Shown in pieces: positions 7,435-14,402 of a stretch of DNA of 32,000 nucleotides. Position 1 is the stretch's first letter; each line of letters starts with the position of its first letter. The position numbers and the translations under genes were made by a program. The notes beneath the pieces are model-generated. The model searched no databases and was not told the DNA's origin. It was given only the letters and a program-made list of their open reading frames with translations. The stretch is from Methylorubrum extorquens (GTDB lineage Bacteria; Pseudomonadota; Alphaproteobacteria; Rhizobiales; Beijerinckiaceae): contig LT962688.1 of assembly GCA_900234795.1 (NCBI GenBank), positions 5,670,001-5,702,000 on the forward strand, read 5' to 3'.

Positions 7435-7641
7435 ATGAAATTCCTTGCAGCATATTTTCGAGCGAAGGCTAAGCTCTGTCGCGAGCTTGCGGATGCGCTG
7501 GTCGATCGTAGAGATCCGGTAGTGTCGAAGCTCTATGGCATGGCTGACGAATTCGACCGAAATGCTATCATTCTGGAGAAACGGCTTGCAGACGAGATGC
7601 TTGGCAAACCTGTGCAAGCCGATACCCCTGACATTCACTAA
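7435..7641 (+). CDS. Small helical hypothetical protein (68 aa)
   Basis: MKFLAAYFRAKAKLCRELADALVDRRDPVVSKLYGMADEFDRNAIILEKRLADEML looks like a genuine helical protein. It competes with an antisense 112-aa ORF whose sequence looks less protein-like. Confidence 0.35.
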   Translation: MKFLAAYFRAKAKLCRELADALVDRRDPVVSKLYGMADEFDRNAIILEKRLADEMLGKPVQADTPDIH

Positions 7642-7831
7642 TCTATTGCACTCAATCGGGTGGTCGAGTTTCAAAGCGCGGGCAGAAGCCGCGGTGGCCC
7701 GCGTTGGAGATGACGACCGCACGGCCGAGATCTGGAAGCGGATGCTCGCGGCGGTGCGAGGGGCCTGAAAGAAAACAGGTCCGCGCGGCGGGTGTCGACG
7801 AGCGCGTAGCAGACCTATTGTAACGCCAGCA

Positions 7832-8239
7832 TCAAGCGCTCGGCGCGCTATCGGCGGCCGCCTCTAGCGTCCGCTCAATGAAACCCGACCGAGTTAGCGC
7901 TACCGCCTCCGCTGCCTCATCGGCGACGCGTAGCAACCACTCGTCGATCGTGATGGTGAAGCGCCGCCGCTCGCCCGGCACGTGCTTGGTCGTGACGAAC
8001 TGCGCACGGTAACCGACAATCAACAACTCGTAATCATCCCCACATGGTGCCGTCGATGGCCACGATGCTCTAACCGTGATTCGGTTTGTTATGCCCGAAT
8101 CCCCCACCGTCGGCGAACTGTTCAAGCTCAACACCGTGTGGTGATCCTGATGATGGGGATGCACGGGGGGGCGGCCGGCTCGGGTATTGATCGGGGTACG
8201 CCGCACGCGCGGCTTGAGCGCGCCCAAGGCGCGTTCCAC
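7832..8239 (-). CDS. Ribbon-helix-helix (CopG/antitoxin-like) domain protein; N-terminal extent uncertain
   Basis: The C-terminal RRRFTITIDEWLLRVADEAAEAVALTRSGFIERTLEAA fits a beta-strand plus two-helix RHH fold. The upstream 85 residues are Pro/His/Arg-rich and unconvincing. An internal GTG at 7981 would give a 49-aa RHH-only product. Confidence 0.45.
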   Translation of the reverse strand: MERALGALKPRVRRTPINTRAGRPPVHPHHQDHHTVLSLNSSPTVGDSGITNRITVRASWPSTAPCGDDYELLIVGYRAQFVTTKHVPGERRRFTITIDEWLLRVADEAAEAVALTRSGFIERTLEAAADSAPSA

Positions 8240-8280
8240 TGATTTCTGTCGTTGCGCCGCGGTCTCCGTCCGACACCCGC

Positions 8281-8366
8281 GGCAAACGGCCGGCGGGTCG
8301 GTGCCGGCCCCCCTTTCAGTGCCGGCCCGCCGTTCTACGCCTCGCTCACCCCCGAGAGTGCCGGCA
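8281..8366. repeat. Direct repeat copy A: orphan duplicate of the 3' tail plus downstream hairpin of the TIGR02594-like gene
   Basis: On the minus strand it reads ...LPALSGVSEA-stop and then GGCCGGC-N8-GCCGGCC. It matches copy B at both ends: GGCA(A/G)ACGGCC(G/A)GCGGGTCGGT and CACCCCC(G/A)AGAGTGCC. Confidence 0.7.
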
Positions 8367-8480
8367 GCATGCTTTACTAGCCCAGGGTTACATTTGATGT
8401 AAGCCCTTGGTATATCTTGATCATCTTCCTATTGCCTGACACAAATTCCTGCCGTCCTGTCTGTTGCCGGTCAGCTCCTG

Positions 8481-8566
8481 GGCAGACGGCCAGCGGGTCG
8501 GTTCCTGGGGGCCGCAGAGGGGCCGCCCCGCTGCTGCTACACTTCACTCACCCCCAAGAGTGCCCT
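8481..8566. repeat. Direct repeat copy B: authentic 3' tail and downstream region of the TIGR02594-like gene
   Basis: See copy A. This copy is contiguous with the reading frame that is restored when the 19-bp duplication is removed. Confidence 0.7.
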
Positions 8567-9245
8567 GGCGATCGTCGTCGGCAACGTGTGCGGCGCAGGC
8601 AGCGGTACGTCGGCTGGCCAGCGGCATGCGATGAACTCCTTGCGAGGGAAAGTCGCGACCGACCACGAATCGCCCTGGTTGCCGCCTAGCAGGAAGATCT
8701 GGCTCGAGTTGGCGCCGAAGACGAAGCCGACGTGCCCCTGCCAGGACGAGTTGCCCCTGCCAGGACGAGTTGCCCCGCTTCTTCGTGGGGATGGCGCCGA
8801 GCGCCGGCTTCTTCAGTCCGACGCCCCAGGCCTCGTAGAAGCGCGCCGCGAGACTGCTCAAGGGCTTGTGGCCGGCCCGCTTCAGCATGGCGCCGACCGC
8901 CGCTGCGCACCACGCGAACGAATTCTGCTTGATGCCGCAGAAGTCAGCGGCGGCGAAGAGCTTCACGACGCGCGGGTTATTGCCCGCGCCCGCGTCCTCG
9001 CGCACGCCGAGTTCGCCCTCGGCCAGCACCAGCCCGCCCGGTTTCTCGGGCACCTCGCGTCGTTCACTGATGTCGTCCTTCGGCAGGGCGGCCTGCGTCT
9101 TCGGCCCAGCGATGCCGTCGGCCACCAGCCCAGCCGAATGCTGAAACGCGGTCACAGCGGCGATGGTGCGCGGTCCGGCATCGCCGTCCGCCCCACAGAG
9201 TCCGAGGTTGTGATTCAGAGTGTGTTTCGGACGCCGATCAGCGCA
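8537..9245 (-). pseudogene. Peptidoglycan-binding domain plus TIGR02594-family (phage-type cell-wall enzyme-like) gene, disrupted
   Basis: The PG_binding_1 motif TLNHNLGLCGADGDAGPRTIAAVTAFQHSAGLVADGIAGPKTQAAL begins immediately after an in-frame stop (plus strand 9246-9248), with no ATG/GTG/TTG before the domain. The TIGR02594-like core reads NNPRVVKLFAAADFCGIKQNSFAWCAAAVGAMLKRAG...SSWQG. The frame is then broken by the 19-bp duplication. Deleting one copy restores GHVGFVFGANSSQIFLLGGNQGDSWSVATFPRKEFIACRWPADVPLP...GVSEV-stop, ending at 8537. Confidence 0.8.
8734..8771. repeat. Perfect 19-bp tandem duplication (GCCCCTGCCAGGACGAGTT x2, plus 5 further matching nt to 8776)
   Basis: Read directly from the sequence. 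Unit 1 is 8734-8752 and unit 2 is 8753-8771. Confidence 0.95.
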
Positions 9246-9568
9246 CTAAGGGTCTGATCCTATACGAAACAGGTGGGCCCCTTATGGAGGCTGCTCACAG
9301 CCATAGCACTGCTCGCGACCTATGCGGATGGCGCTTCGCTGCTCGTTACCGCCACCGCATCCGCGGATCGGTTCATCGCGGCCCGATCGTAGACTGAATT
9401 CCTATTATCGGCTTTCTGATCTGTCTGAATGGGACTGCCTTAGAGAACAGCATCTTCTCCGTGGGGTCGGTAGCCCTTCGTGGCTAAGGCATCAGCGTAG
9501 CGTTCAGCACTGCCGTCTGCGGAACAAGCCGCAGGTTCTCGGTTTCCTCACTGATCAAGCGAGGATGC

Positions 9569-10570
9569 ATGCACGACGACAGCGCTCAAGATGTCAGCCC
9601 CGCCCGCAACCGTCGGGGCTGGTTAGCTCCTGCCCTGATCGGCTCGGCAGCTGCCCTTGGGATCACGGCGCTCTACTCGGCCGCGAAGGCGCGTGAGGCG
9701 GAGGATCGCTACCCGCCCATTGGCCGCTTCATAACGGTGAACGGTGTGCGCCTGCACTACATCGAGCGTGGGGAAGGCGAACCCTTGGTCCTCATCCACG
9801 GCAACGGCACTATGGCCGAGGACTTCCTTGTTAGCGGCATTGTTGACGAGCTCGCCGAGCGTTACCGCGTGATCATCATCATCGACCGGCCCGGCTACGG
9901 CTACAGCGAGCGTCCACGGGCGCTCTGGACGCCACGCGCTCATGCCAGGCTCTACCAAGCAGCCTTGAACCGTCTCGGCGTGTCACAGGCGGTGGTGCTT
10001 GGACACTCATGGGGCAGCTTGGTCGCGGTGGCCCTTGCGCTCCAGGCTTCGCAGCTCGTGCGGAGCCTCGTGCTGGCCTCCGGCTACTACTACCCAACGC
10101 TGCGCGCCGACGTCTTCCTGTTCTCTCCACCGGCAATCCCAGTGATCGGAGATGTGATGCGCTATACCGTGTCACCAGTGATCTCGCGCCTGATCCTGCC
10201 GAGCCTGATTAAGGCTATGTTTGCGCCGGCCGAGGTACCAGAGCGCTTCGACAAACTGTTCCCGAAAGCGCTCATGCTCCGGCCTTCACAGCTGCGTGCG
10301 GCTGCCGAAGACGCCGCCCTGATGACGCCGGTCGCCGTCGAGCTTCAGCAGCACTACCGCGATCTGAGGTTGCCGGTGGTGATCATCACGGGTGCAGAAG
10401 ATCAGATAGTGGATGTTGGCCGCCAATCCGAGCGGCTGCACAGTGAGGTGGCGAACAGCGAGTTCGTCGCTGTTCCGGGCATAGGTCACATGATCCACCA
10501 CCTCTCGCCCGAACAGGTGATCAGAGCCATTGATCGAGCAGCAGAGAGGTCGCCGGCCAAGATCCCTTGA
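9569..10570 (+). CDS. Alpha/beta hydrolase with N-terminal membrane or signal segment
   Basis: LVLIHGNGTMAEDF is oxyanion-region-like. The nucleophile elbow is GHSWG in VVLGHSWGSLVAVALAL. A C-terminal GIGHMIHH carries the catalytic His. The N-terminal hydrophobic stretch is WLAPALIGSAAALGITALY. Confidence 0.85.
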   Translation: MHDDSAQDVSPARNRRGWLAPALIGSAAALGITALYSAAKAREAEDRYPPIGRFITVNGVRLHYIERGEGEPLVLIHGNGTMAEDFLVSGIVDELAERYRVIIIIDRPGYGYSERPRALWTPRAHARLYQAALNRLGVSQAVVLGHSWGSLVAVALALQASQLVRSLVLASGYYYPTLRADVFLFSPPAIPVIGDVMRYTVSPVISRLILPSLIKAMFAPAEVPERFDKLFPKALMLRPSQLRAAAEDAALMTPVAVELQQHYRDLRLPVVIITGAEDQIVDVGRQSERLHSEVANSEFVAVPGIGHMIHHLSPEQVIRAIDRAAERSPAKIP

Positions 10571-11187
10571 GGAGCTTCCATCTCAAAGCGCCGTCGCTTG
10601 ATCGATGTGTAGCCCGGTGGCAGCGACCTCGTCAGGGGCGAGGACATCACCGGTCGCTTCCGCCACATAGTCTGCAGCGACACTATGGCGCTGTTGTCCG
10701 TTACGGCAGCTTCATCCGATTCCTACTTTCCACCCCACTCGGACCTTCCGCCAGTTCTCATAAATTCCGAGATTGCGATCCCTTACAGATCGTTCGGCTT
10801 GCCGCCTCGACGTTCGATCTTGATAAAGAAGCGGACCTACAGCCCAGAATCTGCGCACGGCTTATTGCATCATTAGTAGATGCTTCCTGCCTCCAGTCAT
10901 GCGCTTTCGATGTAACACTCATGCTTTACTGGCGCAGGGCTTGTCCCTCGAATGCGCTTCATCTTATGTGCCTGCCAACGTATTCCGCTCAAACACATAG
11001 TTGCTCGTACAGGTGCGCCGGCCCAGATCGATATAAAATGGCGTTCGTTGCCTGCCCAATCCGGCCAAGCTATTGGTTATTGCAAATGACATTGCAGCTG
11101 TACGCTGCAATGATACAGTAATTTTTTACCTTGATTCGGTTTGGTGCTCTCCGGGCAGCCAAGCTGGCAGCGTGCTGGGAGCTTGTC

Positions 11188-11409
11188 ATGAAGCTCATCC
11201 TGGTCTCCGTTGGTATCTTTGCGGGCCTCATGGCGTATTTTCCGACGGAGGCTAACGCGGCCGTGTGCGCACGTGGTGTTTATCGAGCAGGTTGTGTCGG
11301 TCCGCGTGGTGCGGTTGGAGCCCGACGCGGGGTGTATGGCCCACGCGCAGTGGGGATCTACCGACGCGGATACTATGGACCTCGGGCATTCGGGGGCCGG
11401 CGCTGGTGA
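11188..11409 (+). CDS. Small secreted Arg/Gly/Tyr-rich repeat peptide (73-aa precursor)
   Basis: The ATG at 11188 lies 7 nt after GGGAG. The signal peptide is MKLILVSVGIFAGLMAYFPTEANA, with an A-N-A cleavage motif. The 49-aa mature part is AVCARGVYRAGCVGPRGAVGARRGVYGPRAVGIYRRGYYGPRAFGGRRW. By hand count it has 11 Arg, 12 Gly, 5 Tyr, 2 Cys and no acidic residue. Confidence 0.5.
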   Translation: MKLILVSVGIFAGLMAYFPTEANAAVCARGVYRAGCVGPRGAVGARRGVYGPRAVGIYRRGYYGPRAFGGRRW

Positions 11410-11610
11410 GATCCGACTCCGTCTCTTCAGCGGGCAGCAGTGCCGCTAATCCCTCGATACGTGTTCGCTTCAGGTAAGAACTTGGTGCCACTTTGGCTTC
11501 GAAGCTTCTTAAACGAAGACAGGTGCTGGTGGACCTATTAGCCGAGTAGGTAGCAGATCAGATCTGTCATGATGCGCCTGAAATCAACGGGCCACTCACA
11601 GGAGGCGAAC

Positions 11611-13059
11611 ATGAACGTCACTCGACGGATCTTTGCCGCAGGCGCCGCTACAATCCCCTTCGTCGGAGCAGGCCTACCCATCAGCCGAGCGAGGGCCACA
11701 GAGCAGGATGCACCGATTATTGGCAGCCAAGCGGCGGCCGATCCGCTGGAACTGGCAATAGACGCCTACATCTACGGCTACCCGCTTGTTACCATGGAGT
11801 TGACCCGGCGCGTTCTCACAAACGTGGTCGCGCCTGAGGGTAAGGGCGCTCCGATGGGCCAGTTCGCCAGCATGCGGGAGTACCCGAACGCCAAATTTCG
11901 CGCCGTCACCGCGCCGAATGCTGACACACTCTATTCCAGCGCCTTCCTCGACGTGGGCCAAGAGCCCCACCTCCTCACCATCCCGGAGGAAAACGGGCGC
12001 TATTTCCTCATGCCGATGCTGAGCGCCTGGACGAATGTCTTCGCCGTGCCGGGCAAGCGCACTACGGGGACTGGACCGCAGACCTACTTCATAGCAGGAC
12101 CCGGCTGGAGCGGCAGTGTGCCGTCTGGCGCCAAACTGATCCAGGCACCGACCAATTTGATCTGGATCCTGGGCCGGACCTACTGCACGGGTACGCCCGA
12201 GGACTACACGGCTGTGCACGCGTTGCAGGATCGTTACAGACTTATCCCGGCGAGCGCGACCGGTAAGACATACACGCCCGCTCCGGGTCGGGTCGATCCA
12301 AGCATCGATATGAAGACGGCCGTGCGCGAGCAGGTCAACCGCATGGACGCGACGACCTACTTCAACTTGCTGGCCTCCCTGATGAAGGATAACCCACCGG
12401 CGCTCGCGGATGGAGTTCCAGTCGCTAAGATGGCCTCCCTTGGGATCGTGCCCGGTCAGCCCTTCGATCTGGCAAGTCAGCCGCCTGTTATCCGAGAGGC
12501 GATCGACAAGGCGCCAAGGGAGGCTATCCCGCACATCATGGAGCACTTCAAGAATACGGGCAGCCACGTGAACGGGTGGACATTCACTACGGACGGCGGT
12601 GATTACGGTAAGGATTACCTGCAGCGTGCCCTAATCACAGCGATCGGGCTCGGCTGCAACTTACCTCAGGATGCGGTCTACCCAACCACAACGGTCGACG
12701 CCGCCGGCCGCAAGCTGAATGGCAACTCGAAGTATGTGATGAGGTTTGCGGAAGGCGAGCTGCCGCCCGTCAATGGCTTTTGGTCTGTGACGATGTATGA
12801 CGCAGACTACTTTTTTGTCGATAATCCAATCAATCGTTACTCAGTGAGCCCGCGCGACGCTCTTAAGGCCAACCCGGACGGCTCAGTCGATCTCTTCATC
12901 CAAGCTGAGAGCCCAGGAGCGCATCACGAATCGAACTGGCTCCCAGCCCCGTCTGGGCCCTTTGTTCTTATGATGCGGACCTACTGGCCGAAGGACACTC
13001 TGCTGAATGGATCGTGGTCGCCACCGCCCGTCACGCGCAGCACGAGCGCTTCTCTCTAA
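11611..13059 (+). CDS. DUF1254/DUF1214 domain protein with Tat-like signal
   Basis: IDAYIYGYPLVTMELTRR matches the DUF1254 signature. NGFWSVTMYD...NPINRYSV is DUF1214-like. I prefer the start MNVTRRIFAAGAATIPF, which has a twin-Arg motif and sits after RBS AGGAGG (ORF-track start 11569). Confidence 0.85.
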   Translation: MNVTRRIFAAGAATIPFVGAGLPISRARATEQDAPIIGSQAAADPLELAIDAYIYGYPLVTMELTRRVLTNVVAPEGKGAPMGQFASMREYPNAKFRAVTAPNADTLYSSAFLDVGQEPHLLTIPEENGRYFLMPMLSAWTNVFAVPGKRTTGTGPQTYFIAGPGWSGSVPSGAKLIQAPTNLIWILGRTYCTGTPEDYTAVHALQDRYRLIPASATGKTYTPAPGRVDPSIDMKTAVREQVNRMDATTYFNLLASLMKDNPPALADGVPVAKMASLGIVPGQPFDLASQPPVIREAIDKAPREAIPHIMEHFKNTGSHVNGWTFTTDGGDYGKDYLQRALITAIGLGCNLPQDAVYPTTTVDAAGRKLNGNSKYVMRFAEGELPPVNGFWSVTMYDADYFFVDNPINRYSVSPRDALKANPDGSVDLFIQAESPGAHHESNWLPAPSGPFVLMMRTYWPKDTLLNGSWSPPPVTRSTSASL

Positions 13060-13082
13060 GTCACTCAGCAATACCGGCATAG

Positions 13083-13310
13083 TTAGCTGAGCGGGTCAGT
13101 TCTTTGCCACGATTGTGCGCTGCACCCGAGTTCGGTGCGAAACGCGTACACGAACGCCGACGTGGAGCCGTAGCCGAGTTGCACCCTCCGGGCATCCCGG
13201 CGATCCGCGCTTGCGCAGAGCCAGGTCGGGGATCGATCTGGGCGGGCAGCCGCACGATGCGCGGTGCTTTGAAGGAACGACGCTCGGGCAAATGGACGCC
13301 AGAGCGCCAA
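13083..13310 (-). pseudogene. AraC-family HTH C-terminal remnant
   Basis: The C-terminal ...ARRVQLGYGSTSAFVYAFRTELGCSAQSWQR matches the second HTH of AraC/XylS regulators (GY-S-SAF---F----G-SP--WR pattern). The upstream part is not AraC-like and neighbouring frames are fragmented, so this is a truncated or decayed gene. Confidence 0.35.
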
Positions 13311-13431
13311 ACCCGTCCTTTCCCCGCACTTGGAACGGCTCCTTCAGTGGCAGGCCGACTCGGGGACAAATGCCGAAACGGCACATCAGAAACACGTGCT
13401 AAATCAACGTGTTGCAGACAAATAGAAAGAG

Positions 13432-13524
13432 TGGCGGAGACGGAGGGATTCGAACCCTCGATACCCTTATTAGGGGTATGCTCATTTAGCAAACGAGTGC
13501 CTTCAGCCTCTCGGCCACGTCTCC
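13432..13524 (-). tRNA. tRNA-Ser (anticodon GCU), CCA encoded
   Basis: The minus strand reads GGAGACGTGGCCGAGAGGCTGAAGGCACTCGTTTGCTAAATGAGCATACCCCTAATAAGGGTATCGAGGGTTCGAATCCCTCCGTCTCCGCCA. The acceptor stem is GGAGACG/CGTCTCC. The anticodon loop is TTGCTAA. The long variable arm is ATACCC/GGGTAT. The T-loop is GGTTCGAATCC. Confidence 0.92.
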
Positions 13525-13559
13525 ACTGCGCTTGGCTGTAGAAGCTCCGGCGGGGCGGG

Positions 13560-14342
13560 TCAACCCGGTCGGCGCGGGGTTGTGACACGGCGCTCGTAAT
13601 GCTTGGCCACGCGCAGATGGCGCGAGATCGCGTAGTTCATGGCCGTGAGGAAGCCGTAGGCGCCGCGCACGAAGTGGCGGCGGCCGAAATAGGCTTTCAG
13701 AAAATTGCCCGGCAGCTCGACGTAGAGGCGCCAGGCCGGGATCGTGACGCCGCGGGCGTCGAGGTCGTCGGCTTGCTGGTCGGAATAGCGGTTGAGCTTG
13801 GCGAGCTGGTCGCCCAGCGAGCGCACCGAGAAATGGTGGATGCGCCCTTTGATCCGCCCCGTGGTGACGCCGGGGCCGAGCACGACCCGGTCGTGGACCG
13901 GTGAGGTCGAGTAGGTGCTCAAGTCGCGCCGGTAGAGCCGCACGGGGGTCAGGACGTAGGCCCAGGGGTTGGGGCGTGTCTCGCCGGGGAAAACCTCGGC
14001 GATGGCGATGGACCATGCGGCGTGCGCCGGCTCGCCCTGAGCGAAGACGGCGCGGATCTGCTCGGCGAGGTCGGGCGGCACCACCTCGTCGGCGTCGAGG
14101 TTGAGCACCCAGTCGTGGCGGCACTGCTCTTCCGCGAAGCGCTTCTGCCGGCCGTAGCCCGGCCAGTCGTTGTGGATCACTCGGGCCCCGAGCGAGGCGG
14201 CCAGCGCCTGGGTGCCGTCGGTCGAGCCGGAATCGACCACCACGATGTCGTCGGCCAAGGCGCGCACCGCCGCGAGGGTCGCACCGAGGCGGTCGGCCTC
14301 GTTTTTGACGATGATGAAGACGGAGATCGGGAGCGGGGCCAT
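13560..14342 (-). CDS. Family 2 glycosyltransferase
   Basis: ISVFIIVKNEADRLGATLAAVRALADDIVVVDSGSTDGT ... LNLDADEVV contains the GT2 DxD-type motifs. I prefer the start MAPLPISV at 14342 (ORF-track start 14396). Confidence 0.8.
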   Translation of the reverse strand: MAPLPISVFIIVKNEADRLGATLAAVRALADDIVVVDSGSTDGTQALAASLGARVIHNDWPGYGRQKRFAEEQCRHDWVLNLDADEVVPPDLAEQIRAVFAQGEPAHAAWSIAIAEVFPGETRPNPWAYVLTPVRLYRRDLSTYSTSPVHDRVVLGPGVTTGRIKGRIHHFSVRSLGDQLAKLNRYSDQQADDLDARGVTIPAWRLYVELPGNFLKAYFGRRHFVRGAYGFLTAMNYAISRHLRVAKHYERRVTTPRRPG

Positions 14343-14402
14343 GGGTCTCGAAGCGCGCGGGGCCTTCGCTGTACCGGCGCGATTTGGCGCGAACAAGCGC
14401 GG

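Noticed and set aside
7384-7768. 112-aa minus-strand ORF (7384..7722) and 77-aa plus-strand ORF (7535..7768) overlapping the 68-aa gene
   Set aside because: The minus-strand product looks less protein-like than the helical plus-strand product. The 7535..7768 frame has a plausible tail (AEAAVARVGDDDRTAEIWKRMLAAVRGA), so a frameshifted longer gene is possible but cannot be resolved by eye.
8586-9257. 223-aa plus-strand ORF antisense to the PG-binding/TIGR02594 pseudogene
   Set aside because: It is a shadow ORF. The minus strand carries recognisable PG_binding_1 and TIGR02594-type motifs.
11090-11127. Hairpin CATTGCAG-N7-CTGCAATG plus T6, considered as a rho-independent terminator
   Set aside because: The T run starts 9 nt after the stem and the stem is AT-rich, so it is not a canonical terminator. 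It is kept only as part of the finding on 10567-11130.
13061-13588. 175-aa minus-strand ORF and 145-aa plus-strand ORF running through the tRNA-Ser gene
   Set aside because: They span a well-formed tRNA and an intergenic region. They are not credible as coding except for the short AraC-like tail, which is reported separately.
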